Positions 31,690 to 61,309 of a stretch of 64,000 bases of DNA are shown piece by piece. The stretch spans positions 152,272,001 to 152,336,000 of the forward strand of contig OZ024741.1 in the NCBI GenBank assembly GCA_964016885.1, read 5' to 3'. Under the pieces are notes generated by a model. The model worked only from the letters and a program-made list of their open reading frames with translations. It was not told the origin of the DNA and searched no databases. The first letter of the stretch is position 1; the number at the start of each line of letters is the position of its first letter. The position numbers were made by a program, and so were the translations under genes. Source of the stretch: Eledone cirrhosa (Eukaryota).

Positions 31690-34258
31690 ACAGAAAGGAG
31701 TACTCAATACCATGTTACTCTGGAGTTTAACCCGTTTATAGAATGGTGACAACATCCACCTATGGCTCAGGCAGGACTAAGAAAAGACCAGAAGGACAGG
31801 GTCTAGGAGGAACTTTTACAGACAACTGCTGGTACTGATGAAAGAGACATCATCCTTGCAGGCAACTTCAACAGACATGTGGACAGATTCAGTGGGGTTC
31901 ACGGTAGTTATGGTTATGTCTCATGAAGTGAAGAGGGATTGATGCTCCTGGAATTCTGTGATGCGAATGAACTAACCATTTGCAACACTAATTTCCAGAA
32001 ACTATCCCTGGTGAAGAATGCACTGCCCAAAACAAGCTGGTTATTAGCAACATTAAAATAAACATAAGATAGAACAAGATATGCAGGAAAATAGGGAGAG
32101 GAATGCTTTGAAAACTAAAGATCCTTTCAGTTGAATATAGGTTTAGAAAGGCCCTACAGGATGCAGTAAATGAGAAAGGTGATGTGCTAGGTACAACTGG
32201 AATTTCCAATTGTCAAGCTTTGACAAACTATTGACAAGACTTGTGGGTGAAATAAAGTGCCAGCCAGACAGTGGGTGACCTGGTGGTGGAACATTAGTGG
32301 ATAGTGCCAATAAAATCAAAAGACTGGAAAATAGGGGTAGCAAAGACCAATACCAGGTTGCTAAGAGAGAAGCTAGATGACAGGTATATACTGCTTGGAG
32401 AGAGGCTGAATAAAGAAAGTTCGCCAATGTTTTAGTGTAAATTGAAATGTATGGGAAAAATGTTTTAGAAATGATGCTGGTGCACTGAGTACCACTGATA
32501 CCCAAAAGAAAGAAGTCTGGAAATGTTACTATGAGAGATTGATGAATGTCGAGAATGAATCAGAGGAGGAGAAACTACCCCTAACTTACTCAACAGAAGG
32601 ACCAGCTATTGAAGTTGACAGTTTTAGGGTCAAAAGCAATCAAAGAGACGAAGAATGGTAAAGCTGTGGGACCATCAGAGATAGTTGCTGAGATGCTAAA
32701 AGCATCAAGAGAAGTAGGAGTCAAACAAGTAACCTGCATAGTCAATCAGGTAATATAAGATGGAGTCATACCCAATAACTGGCGTAGCAGTACAATCGTA
32801 AATTGCTACAAGGGTAAAAGTGATGCTATAGAAAGGGGCAACTACAGAGGAATAAAACCAATGGACCAAATTATGAAGGGATAGAAAGAGTTATAGCTCA
32901 ACAAAAGTCAAATTAGACAAGATGCAGTTTGGTTTCATGCTTGGGAAAAGTACTACAGATGCCCTCTTTTTAGTGAGGCAACTACAAGAGAAGTTCCTAC
33001 CAAAGAATAAGCCACTATATTTAGCTTTTGTTGATCTAGAAAAGGCCTTTGTCAGAGTACCTTGATCTATTATCTGGTGGTTCTTAAGGATATTAGGTGT
33101 AGAAGAACAGCTTGTGAGAGCAGTGCAAACCATGTACAGAGCATCTGTTAGTAAAATGAGAGTACGGAGTGAGTTTAGTGAGGAATTCAAGGTACAGGTA
33201 GAAATTCATCAAGGTTTGATTCATAGCCCACTGCTGTGCATTATAGTCCTTCAGGCCATAACAGAGGAGTTTAAAATGGGAAAATTCTCTCTGCAGATGA
33301 TTTGGTTCTTATAGCCAAATCTATAAAAGAACTAGAAAATAAGTTCCAACAATGAAAACAGAATTTGGAATCAAAAGGTTTGAGAGCAAACTTAGCCAAA
33401 ACTAAAGTGCTAGTGAGTAGGAAAGAAGATAAGACCCTGGTCCCTTAAAAAAAGTAGCCCTGCTCCATATGTAGAAAAGGAGTAGGCAAAAGCTCCAAAT
33501 TGGGTACTCAATGTAAATCTTGAGTATACAAGAGATTGAGTTGGAGAACAGGAAAAGAAGACTTTGTATGCAGAAGACACACAGGGATAACCAAGGGGAA
33601 GAGAGACAGTAATATAAACCTGTTTTTGCATTACAAAAAGGATGCAGAGAATTGGCTGATAGCTTCTGCTATCTAGGTTGCTTAATTAGCAGCAGAGGAG
33701 GGTGTTCTGAGAGCATAATAGCTAGAATTAGGATAGGATGGAAGAACTTTAGAGAGCTACTCTCACTGTTGACAACAAAAAGTTTCTTCCTATGTATGTC
33801 ATGACGCTTATGTGCGAAGTGTAATGCAGCATGGTAGTAAACCATAGGCAGTGACTGCAGAGGACATGCATAGACTGGAGAGAAATGAAGCAGCCATGTT
33901 TCATTGGATATGCAACATAAAGGTGAGAGAAAGGCAGAACTTGGATGCATTGAGGGAGGTGGGTTTAAGAGGAAACTTAGGTGGTGTGCAGGAGAGAAGA
34001 CGGCATTGATATGGACATGTAATGCAAATGAAAGATGATCGATGGATGAAGAAGAGCCAAAAAATCCCAGTGGATGGAAGCCACAGTAGAGGTAGACCAA
34101 GAAAGACCTGGTCAGAGGTGGTGAGAGCTGACCTCAAATTGTTGAGACTTACAGAGGCAATGACAAAGAAATGCAGTGACTGGAGAGATGCTGTGCTGAA
34201 AAGGACCCATTCAACCCATGCAAGCATGGAAAAACTGACGTAAAATTATGATGATGAG
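31690..34258 (+). mobile_element. Degenerate long RTE LINE (type A), APE end through 3' tail
   Basis: EFCDANELTICNT, CYKGK.DA..RGNYRGIK, FVDLEKAF, IHQG, a Cys/His remnant, RGRPRKTW; ends ..THASMEKLT* then (tga)n. Confidence 0.88.
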
Positions 34259-34464
34259 GAACTGTAAGAAGCATTTAATACTTCCAGTAAAGCACATGGT
34301 CCTTTATTAGTAAGACAGAGTGCCCCTCCAAAAAAAATAAATTCTTGCTAGAAGGGAAAATAGATGTTAAATGATGATGATTTTATATATAGATATATGT
34401 ATGTGTGTGTGTCCTGGGTTCAATCGGGGGTAACCGCAGTAAGGTACTCAATACATTAGTAGAG

Positions 34465-34564
34465 TATATACAAAATTTAATATAGAAATTGCTTCTACAG
34501 GACTTTCCTTCGAATGAAACAACTAGTCCTGTAGAACCCATTTCTATATTAAATTTTATATATA
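34465..34564. repeat. 40-bp inverted repeat with a 20-nt loop next to (TA)n
   Basis: tatatacaaaatttaatatagaaattgcttctacaggact (34465-34504) pairs with agtcctgtagaacccatttctatattaaattttatatata (34525-34564). Confidence 0.88.
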
Positions 34565-35199
34565 TATATATATATATTCATTGATAAAACTCGAGTTTCA
34601 TGGTCTGACAATCTTGCATAAGTGCAAGGAATGCTTGATATCCATATCATTAGGTGAAATGCATTACAAATGGACGAACGAGATTTGGTGGAAATTCTCA
34701 TGGAAATGAGTGAAAAAACCAGATGAGTTGAATTGGTGTAAGGGTGGTAACTCTGAGATTAAACCAATTTATCTTTTACATATAACAGCGAGAAAAACAT
34801 TTAAGTCTTAAGGAGTAGTTTCCCTTCTACTTATTCTCCATATTTATCAACCTCTCACAATAGCATTTACAGGACGCTTTCATTAGGGCACTAGTGATGC
34901 TAAGTGCATCATTGTCATTTCAAACATTTATTCCCAGCAACATCTTTATCACAAACACACTGCTTAGCGATATGGAACACCTCATGTCTTTGATCCTCGC
35001 GTGGCAATATATTGTCAAGCCTCCTGTTTTAAGCTTCTTTTCTTGCTATGTATATCCGTCATCTAGCTTCTCTTTTAGCATACACACACACACACACACA
35101 CAGACACACACGTGTGTGTAAGAACTCCCAAAGACTCGGCATCGATCAATGTTGTAGTGCATCTGAGCACTATACACATTATTATTATTATTATTATTA

Positions 35200-36066
35200 T
35201 TATTAAAAATTGGTTAAACATACAGAAGAAGAAAGCAGCATTGGAAAGGACTATAAAGGCTATAAATGAGAGGAAAAGGAGGGGTAGAGCAAGGATTACT
35301 AGACAAAGGAAGGAAAAGGGGAAAGGAAGAGGGTGATATATTCTACACCTAGTTCAGAGCGGTGTTTCGGCTGGGCCCTGCAGACAATGGCCAGCAACAC
35401 CTGTTGCAACAGTTACCCCACCTCATGAGTCTCTTTCCTCAGACAGGCTGCTCCATAAACTATAGATCTGATTTTATGGAGGAAGTCAGCTGTCTGGAGG
35501 CTGAGGATGTCTGAGGATGCCTGAGGTCTCAACAGCGACCAGTGCAAAGAGAAAGCGGCCAGACAAGGTCCGATATTTGCTTGACTTCCTGTCCTCAGCA
35601 TTGTGAGCCATAGTACCGGGGTTTGTGGCTGAGGCAAAGAAGTCGGAGGCTGAGAAAGTGTTACAGCATGTTGCATCCTAGAAGAGACATTTACTTCCTT
35701 GAAAGGGAAGAGGGTAATTCTGTCTAGGCCAACTGGCTCCAGTTGTGAAGGGAAGCCAGCTGCATCAAGGCCCCTTCTCATTATGTCATTGAGCGCAGCA
35801 TGTCAGGGGAACCGGCCTGTCCTTTGGTGGCATGATAATGGGTGCAGGTCGAACTCATTAATGACAGCTCCACAATGACATTTATGTGGCTCACACACAC
35901 GAAGGCCAAGGCATTGGGCCACTCTGATGTGAGTGCACTCATCATCAAGAAAGGTACCGGTTGATGAGGAGGACACCGAATTGAGCCACATGCCATTGAT
36001 TGGCTGCGAGGCAGAACAGAGGCAGGCAAGGCGGTGTTGGTCCAAGCCAGACTTGATCTGCCTTAA
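35200..36066 (-). mobile_element. CRE-clade non-LTR retrotransposon 3' fragment (zinc knuckle plus RLE region)
   Basis: WL...S..GT.LDD...I.VA..LGL.VCEPHKCHCG...HPLSC....GRFPRH.ALND..RRGL..AG.PS.LEP.GL.R, the layout typical of CRE elements; the RPDG catalytic segment is missing; ends at (TAA)n. Confidence 0.8.
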
Positions 36067-36295
36067 AACCAATTGAAATGTAATGTATAAAACAGAAACA
36101 GGACATAATGAAAATAAATATAATGATAATCAGAAAATTAAAAATAAAACACGTGAAAGATTTCAAAAACTTTTATGAATATATTTTTATTTTAAATATA
36201 TTTGCATGTATGTGTGTGTGTGTGTATGCATGGATGTGTGTGTGTGCATATATGTTTAATTTTTTTTCCTATAATAACAGACGTTAAAAGTATAA

Positions 36296-36359
<64 letters not shown>

Positions 36360-36569
36360 ATACACATATATACATAGATAGAGAGAGATAATCTAGAGAG
36401 GAAAAGAGGGCATGAAAATGGTGAGGAGTGGGAAGAGGAAAAGGGATAAAGAAAACTATTTAAAAAATAATAAAACACCAGAAAATGTAGCAACAAAAAA
36501 TTAATAATTATAACAATAATAATAAACAGGTCCAAGGCTGGAAATTTTGTCAAGTATTTAATTATATCA

Positions 36570-37905
36570 TTTATTTCCACCCCACCACTATTTGGCTGAT
36601 ATGCTCCAAGATTTGAACTCAGAATGTAAAGGAACAGAAACTAAATACCAGAAAGTATTTCTGTTTAACACTCCACCCCTTTTCTTAATCCACAGACCTG
36701 ATGCTCTACTGATTATTTGAATGCATTGCCCTGGTATTTTGAGAGAGAGGTTTAGTTGAGTTAATCAACACCAGTATATGACAGTTACTTATTCCATCAA
36801 CTCTGAAAGGAAGAATGTTTTAAACTGAACCCTGCAAGATTTGAACTTAGAACCTACAGAATGTGAAAATGCACCACAAGGTAATTTATACAGTGCTCTA
36901 TTGATTCTGCTATTCACCATCATAATGGTTCTTGTCTGGTAATTTATATTTTATCAACTTCAGAAGAATGAAAGGTTAAGTCGACATCAGCTGGATTTGA
37001 ACTCAGAAAATAAAGATCTGGAACAAATATTTTTTTCAAATGCTCTAACGACTGCCAATATTATTACCATCATCTGAGTTCAAATCCCGCCGAGGTCAAC
37101 TTTGCCTTTCATCCTTACGGGGTCGATAAAATAAAGTACCAGTAATGTACTGAGTAATTTGCTGGCCTTGTGCCAAAAGTAGAAACAATTATTACCATCA
37201 TCATAATAATAGAAGTTTTTAATTTATGCACAAGGCCAGCAACTTGAGGGGGGTGGGCAGACTAGTTGGTTATATTGACCCAAGTACTTGACCAGTACTT
37301 TATTTCCTCAAACCTTGGGAGATGAAAGGCAAAGTTGACCTTGATGGCGATTGTACACACATGCGCATGAATGCATATATACATATGGATGCACTTATGT
37401 TCACACACATGCAAACTATTGTTACAGATAAAATACAAAGAGCCTTGCAGTATCTAGTTAAAGCCTTTTACATTCTGAGTCAAATTTCCACTAAAGTCAA
37501 CTGTGTGTGTATGTGTGTGTGTGTATTAAGAGAGATAAGTAAGATGAGTGCAGGTATGAGTGAAAGAAAGTAAAAGAAACACAAAGGAGAGATTGCATTG
37601 CACCTGGTGATGACATCAACACTTGGTGATAACAGAAGAGCAACAACTGGTGATAAATTTCTGGCCATGAGCCTAGAGTCAAAATGATAATAATTATTAT
37701 TATTATTAATAGTGGTGGATTGGCAGAATCATAAGAGTATCAGTCTAAATACATTGCAGTATTTAGTTATAACTTTATTTTCTGAGGGCAAATCCAGCTG
37801 AAGTCAACTTGGCTTTTATCATTCTGACGGGAGGAGGCAGGAGTCGATTTCATCGATCCCTCCACAAAATATTGCTGGCTTCATGCCTAAATTAGAAACT
37901 ATTAT
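36570..37905. repeat. Mixed-orientation SINE copies in the inferred PI4K2 3'UTR
   Basis: Minus copies (gatttgaactcag) at about 36600, 36840, 36990 and 37215-37350; plus copies at 37075-37195 and 37710-37905. Confidence 0.7.
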
Positions 37906-38574
37906 TATTATCATTATTATTGTACAAGAAAAGGCAAATTTTATTTTACAATTTCACCATATCATTGGTCCTTTTAATGCTCTCCCAACACTTACACACA
38001 CGCAGAGATAAAAGGCTATGTCAAACTAGATGAACTTTAAATCAATGTGCTCTGGAACATAGCAAAACAGTATATAAGGCTTGTCAGACAGACAGATACA
38101 TAACTTTCTGACAATATAAAACCTCTACTATTATCATCATTATTATCATTATTTCATTATTTTATTATTATCTAAAAATAAATTAAATAATAGAGATTGA
38201 ATCATTATTTTTAAAGAAATTAAAAGTCCATGAAAACATTATATATATATATATACACACACACACAGAGTTTAACTGAGACTAAATGTATGTATATATA
38301 TCTACATTGAGTGTCTATACACTCAATGTGTGTATTTATATATAAATTTACACCCCCAGTTAAATAATACAAACAGAGAGAACGGTTCTGTGAGTAGAAA
38401 CAGAGTGAAATTTGATAGAAAGAAAAAATAAGAAAAAAATTTATTTAAAAAAATAAAGAAATAAAGAAAGATTGGTGTATGGGTAGGGGAGGCAGGGGTT
38501 TGGAGGAAACAAGGGGAAGTAAAAAAAAAAAAAAAAAGAGTGTTTTGTGAAATAATAAAGGGAAAGAACAGCAA

Positions 38575-38930
38575 CAACATCACCTGATGGTGATGACGGA
38601 GCACCTGGTGATGACGCAATTACCAGGCAATATCAACATCAGATGATATTGATGATGACAGCATCACCTGGGGTTGGTGGTAGAAACCCTTGCTTGATGT
38701 TAAGGATGACAGCATCACCTGGTGAAGATGATGACAGCATCTGCTGTTTTAATAGTACGAACACCTGGCAATGTCAGAATCACCTGCTTAGTGAGAACAT
38801 CACCTGTTTAGTAGCAAGAACACCAAGTGATATCAGTGCCAATGGCTAATGACAATGATACCAGGTGTTGACAGCAACACCAGGTGATGAAAGTGACACC
38901 AGATGATGACAAAGTCACAAGGTGATGACG
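38575..38930. repeat. Degenerate ~20-nt CACCTG/CAGGTG tandem array immediately 3' of the PI4K2 stop
   Basis: CACCTG at 38581, 38602, 38665, 38716, 38762, 38781, 38801; CAGGTG at 38862, 38881; unit approximately gatgacagcatcacc(t/a)ggt. Confidence 0.75.
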
Positions 38931-38946
38931 GGGTTAGAAGATGGTG

Positions 38947-55516
<16,570 letters not shown>

Positions 55517-55599
55517 TTACTCTTAGCTGTTCCAGTCAATTAGCTGAGGCCATGCTAGGGCACCACCATTGTTGCTACACTTTTTATAGCCAGCCTTCC

Positions 55600-57070
55600 T
55601 TGGTTCGCCACTGATGTAAGAGGGAATTTGTTACTGCTGCCCTTATTTGTACTTTATCTCATGCTGTGGGTTCATCTGGGATCTTTGTTAGAAAGATATA
55701 GATCTGGGTTTTTTTTTACAGCTTATTAAAGAGTTGGGGGGGCCTTTGAACCCCAGGATATTACAGTATCTGGTCCTTAATCTAGATGTTCAGAATGGGA
55801 CCTTTGGCACTATACATAGGCATCCTGTTCAAGGGTTGATCTAGCTATCAATGCCAAAGTTTGGTGCTAGTCCTTCCAAGATCTTCCATGTGTATATCTC
55901 TGCATATCTCTCCCATCTTCATTCAAGAGCTTTAGTTCTTTCAGTAGCTCATCTCCTTCATTGAGGCAATGTCCTTAGTGTAGCTTCATTGGATTGCTTC
56001 AAATTCTGCACTTAATTTGACACTGTGGGACAACCACAACTGAGAGCAATAGTCCCGTCAGCTAATGACAAATGTCCTGAAAGTACTCAGAATTCAACCA
56101 ATCAGTCATCTGTATATTGCTGCCATTTTGGTGATGTATGTATGAAACGATGCATCATTGCTCATGTCAATTCCCAGGTTCCGTATTGATTTTGACTTGA
56201 AGATTTTGATTCCTCCTAGTCTGGTGTAGGTTTGTTGTAGTGGTCTTGTATTTGCAGGGTGATAGTGAAGACTTGACATTTTCCAGCATTAAACTGCATA
56301 TTGTTATCCTCAGACCATTTGTATATGGTATCCAGATCTTATAAAAAGTAATATCAGCTGGATTCTTGATTTCTTGTGCTACTTTCATGTCATCAGCATA
56401 GCTAGTGAGGGAGGCTGTCTGTATTATGGAGAGTGTGTCTGAGAATGCCACCCCAAACAGCAGCGGTCCCAAGACAGTTCCCTAGTGCATACCACTTGTA
56501 ATTGATGTTTCCTTTCAGAGGTCTCCATTGGTTGCAACAGTGACTTTTAAGAAGTTATGAAACCATTCGCCTAATTTTCAAACTATGCCAAAACTAAGTA
56601 GTTTGTGACATATTTCATGATCAACCTTGTCAAAGGCTTTCACAAAGTTCAGACATATCACATCCATATTTGATCAGTCTGGCAGCTGTTTCAGTACTGA
56701 GTCATAATGTTTTAAGAGCTGTCTAAAGCAGTTTCTTCCTGGGCAAAGTCAGTTAGTAGGTTATTTTCCTCTAGGACTGTGCTCAGTTTCCTTCTGACAA
56801 TTTATTCAATGACTTTGCTGATAAGTGTGGTCCAGGAGACAGGTCTGCTTCCTCCTTTATGGATAGGATATATTATGCCTTCTTTTTTATTAGTTTATTA
56901 CTTGCAAGGAAACTTTAGATGATCTGTATTGGATTTGCTAAGGTCTGTTTAAGAGGATTGCTAGGAATCCATCAGAGCCAGCAGCTGAATTTGGTCTGAT
57001 ATTACATCTTCCTTTATATCTATGTAGTTGGTGGTTGTGATTTCTCCATATAGCACTATAGTGTCAAAAA
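55600..57070 (-). mobile_element. Degenerate CR1/L2-group LINE RT fragment
   Basis: KAFDKVDH, GTVLGPLLF and YADDMKV remnants. Confidence 0.75.
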
Positions 57071-57569
57071 ACTCATCTAACATTTGTATGTACCTCATTT
57101 GGGGGTGTAACAACACTTTTTTATTAATATTTTTTAAAATCAAGAATTTTGAGGTATTTAGTAATATACCTTTTCCGTTATTAACCAGGTGCTTGAAACA
57201 TAACTAAAAGGATTTTACATCAAATTATGAAAAGTTTTTTTTAATGAAAATAAACCCTTTCATTGCCATATTTCTAATGAAAGACACTACATTTGGCTTT
57301 CAAATTTTTCAATAATTAAACAGATTTAATGATATAAATAAACATTTTCATTATTAAGTTGATTTTTGAAACAAAGGTTCTTACATAAAATTATGATGGA
57401 ATTGTTTAAATTGAACATGAACACTTTTAAACAAACAGATTTATATAATAGGACCAAGGATGATTTCAAGCAGGTTGGTATCAAAAGACTTGAACACAAT
57501 TATAGTCAACGAAGGAGCCTTACACTTAGTCAATAGATTGACTAGAAATAACAACCAAATCTCCTTTAA

Positions 57570-57787
57570 CCCTTTACCATTTACATTACTCTATATTTAC
57601 TGTTGTATTTTCACAGAAAAGGCTTTACTTCACATAATTATCTCACATAATATCAAATCTATGAAATTTTGATATTTATTTTGAGAACAATATCTTAACT
57701 TCAGTAAGAGCAGCCAGTTATGACTGGTTTGAACAAAAAGCAGGTAGAGAATTCTGGCTGGATATGGCCGGTTTAAATGCTAAAGGT
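57570..57787. mobile_element. piggyBac-like MITE
   Basis: TTAA-flanked; same family as 1952-2160 and 16945-17139. Confidence 0.65.
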
Positions 57788-57989
57788 TTAAATTACACAT
57801 CAACTGTCTTATTAGGACACATTGAATGATACACCATATTTGAAAAAAAAAGATAGGATAAGAGTAGGTCAACTTGATCAAAGTTGACCTGGTTAAACAA
57901 CAATAGCAACATGTAACTGATTTTTTAAAACTGGCACTGGGTTTTTTTCTAGATTTAAAGTGTGGCTGCATTACAATACTGACAGGTTG

Positions 57990-59230
57990 AGACATCAGAG
58001 ACCTCTCATTTGCAATGTCTAATGGCTATTCAGCAAAAGTACATACAACACTTCATCCACCGTATGCAGTTCTCTGGGTACAATCAGAGAGATAAAATCA
58101 GAGTGTATAGAGGAGCCAGAACCAAATGGGAAAAAATGGTAAATAATGATACAAATGGGACCTGCCCCTTGTATAGGAGCAAATTTTGGAATAGAATAGA
58201 AAGAACTAGGAATAAGGTTAATAGAATAAACTCATAGTATGATAGCAATAAATACCAGAGTGTAATGTTCATCAATACAACCCCTAGAGGTGAATTAGCT
58301 TACAAATTTAGAAGGGCCCTAGATAAACTTAAACTTAATATTAAGATAGTAGAAAGATCAGGTACCTCCATAAAAACACTTAGTAATACATACCCTTTTG
58401 AAAGACCACCCTGTATAGATAAGAATGTATAATCTGTAAACTAAGCCCCCATATTAACTGTAAAACTAGAAACATAGTATATAGCATAGGATGCACTGAA
58501 GGACAATGTAGAGATAAGAATATAGTGTACATAGGTGAGACAGCTCGTAGTATAGGAGAACGATTAAATGAACACTGGCGAGAGCTTCAAGATAGAAAAG
58601 AATCATCAGTACTCCACCAACATGCTAAAATAGAACATAAGGGCAAATTAGAGAACATAGAAATAAAAATAAAATCTACACACAGAAAAGACAATGTTTA
58701 GACAAATCAGAGTGGCAATAAACATAAATGAACTCCAACCAAAATTAAATAGAAAACATAAATGGAATAGCAACATCACAACTTACAATTAAGGACAAAA
58801 TGAAAACACACACACATAGAACAAACAACCAACCAACCAGTAACATGTAAATAAACAAATAAATAAACAAATAAAAACACACACAGACACCCGGATGTAA
58901 CACATGAGCAAACTAAGCACACAACACACACAAAAACAAGATGGCGTAGGATAGAACAAAGGAGAGGCACAAAACAAAGAAAAGAATCCCCAGTCACTGA
59001 AGAGGTCACAGAATGTGTGACTTAAGAACTTTGACAATATATGAACAACCGTCTGGTTGTGGAACCAACCAACCAGAAATTTATAAATTTTTTTTTTTTT
59101 TAATTAAAAAATTTTTTTTAATTTATAATAAATTGGAGTGAAAGCAACTGGTGCATGTGTTTCTTATTGGCAACATGACCCTCCCAAAGTATAACAATAT
59201 CGGTTTCAACACACGTTTTCAGATAAAGAA
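57990..59230 (+). mobile_element. Penelope-like element 3' part (RT thumb, Zn linker, GIY-YIG), Naiad-like
   Basis: MQFSGY..PLYRSK.W, VMFI.TTPRGELA, KIVERSG, PC.D..ECIIC...NCKTRNIVY.I.C...C...YIGETARS..ER..EH...H...EH; contains stops and frameshifts. Confidence 0.82.
58993..59035 (+). ncRNA. Degenerate minimal hammerhead ribozyme in the PLE 3' region
   Basis: gtca-CTGAAGA-ggtcaca(gaatg)tgtgact-[taag where GAAA is expected]-aactt-tgac; stems I and II pair but the GAAA box is mutated. Confidence 0.45.
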
Positions 59231-59259
59231 TCTTGCTAAACAAATTCTGAAACATATAT

Positions 59260-61305
59260 ATGTTCCTGGTGGTGGAACAGCACGGTAGATAGGGCCATTA
59301 GAGACAAAAGACTGGCATGGAATGCTTGGAAAAATTGTGTGAGTAGAGAAGGATACACAGCCGCTAAGAGAGAAGCTAGACGTCGGGTATACTTAGCACG
59401 CAGGGAGGCTGAGAATAGGAGGTTTGCCAATGTTCTGCGACAGGAAGATCAGAGACATGCGGTGTTCCGCATTGCAAGGCAGTGTGTCAGTGCAAATCAG
59501 TATGTTGTTGGAGATAAGTGTGTCTGGAATGATGCTGGTGTACTTAGTGTCACGAATGATCAGAAAAAGGAGGCCTGGAAATGTCATTAGGAGAGACTGA
59601 TGAATGTGGAGAATGAATGGGAGAGAGAGAAATTACCCTCAGTAGATCCGACAGAGGGACCAGCTATTGAGATTGACGAATAAAGGGTCCAAGAGGCGAT
59701 TAAGGAAATGAAAAATGGTAAGGCCATTGGACCGTCGGGAATAGTGGTTGAGATGCTGAAGGCATCAGGGGACGTAGGCACTAAACTGGTTGCACGCATC
59801 ATCAATCAAGCTATATATGGCGGTGTCATACCCAAAGACTGGTGAAGCAGTATTCTCATAAATTGCTACAAAGGTAAAGGGGATGCTCTGGAGAGGAGCA
59901 ATTATAGGGGCATAAAACTGATGGATCAGGTTATGAAAGTGGCAGAAAGGATATTAGCCCAACTAATTAGAGAAAGTGTCAAACTAGATGAGATGCAGTT
60001 TGGTTTTGCGCCTGGGAAAAGTACAACAGATGCCCTCTTCTTAGTGAGACAACTACAAGAGAGGTTCTTAGAGAAGAATAAGCCACTATACTTAGCTTTT
60101 GTTGACCTAGAGAAGGCCTTTGATAGGGTACCCTGATCTGTCATCTGGTGGTCCCTAAGGAAACTAGGTGTTGAGGAATGGCTTGTGAGGACAGTGCAAG
60201 CCTTGTACAGCGGTGCTGTCACTAAAGTGAGGGTAGGAATGGAGTTTAGTGAGGAATTCCAGATACAAGTAGGAGTACATCAGGGTTCGGTCCTCAGCCC
60301 GCTCTTGTTCATTATAATCCTCCAAGCCATAACAGGGGAGTTTAAGACTGGCTGCCCATGGGAACTTCTTTATGCTGATGATCTGGTTCTTATAGCAGAT
60401 TCAGTAAAGGAGCTAGAGATAAATTCTGGCTATGGAAACAGCAGTTGGAATTAAGAGGACTGAGAGTGAACCTAGCTAAGACAAAAGTGTTGATAGTAGA
60501 AAAGAGGACAAAACTGATTCCGTCAGGGAAATGGCCATGTTCGATATGCAGAAAAGGAACTGGCATAAATTCTATAAAATGTACACAATGCAAATCTTGG
60601 GTACACAAGAGATGTAGTGGGATAGCAGGCAAACTAACAGGTAGGGAAAACTATGTATGCAGTAGATGTACGGGGAAATTAGACAGTAGAAGTCGCATTG
60701 ATAGACACATTTTTCAAATGCAGGTAGGTTCTATAGAAGTGGTTGATAGCTTCCGGTACCTAGGTGATCAGATTAGCATGGGGGGGGGGGGTGCTCTAAG
60801 GCCAAAGTATCTAGAATAAGGAGAGGTTGGAAGAAGTTTAGGGAGCTGCTTCCTCTGCTGATGAAGAAGGGTTTCTCCCTGCGTACGAAAGGCTGGTTAT
60901 ATGATGCCTGTGTGAGGTACGCGATGCTGCATGGTAGTGAGACATGGGCAGCAACTCCGTTGGATGTGCAATGTCAATGTGCGTGAACGACCAAGCATGG
61001 ATGTGTTGAGAGAGAAACTGTGTTGAAAGAGAGATAAGTTGTAGGGAGAGAAGACTGCGATGGTATGCGCATGGAGGATGGCCGCTGGGTAAAGAAGTGC
61101 CAAGAAATGCCAGTAGAAGGCAGACGCAGTAGGGGAGGACCATGAAAAGCATGGGTGTAGGTGGTGAGGGCGGACCTCAGATCGCTGAAGCTCATGGAGG
61201 AGATAACGAAGGACCGTGACAAGTGGAGAGATGCTGTGTTGAATAGGACCCGTCCCACTCTTGCAAGCAGGGAAAAGTGGATGTAAAATGATGATGATGA
61301 TGATA
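59260..61305 (+). mobile_element. RTE LINE (type A), RT through 3' tail, with stops
   Basis: WWWN, CYKGKGDALERSNYRGIKL, FVDLEKAFDRVP, VHQGSVLSP, YADD, PHD-like motif, FRYLG; ends cttgcaagcagggaaaa then (tga)n. Confidence 0.92.
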
Positions 61306-61309
61306 AATA

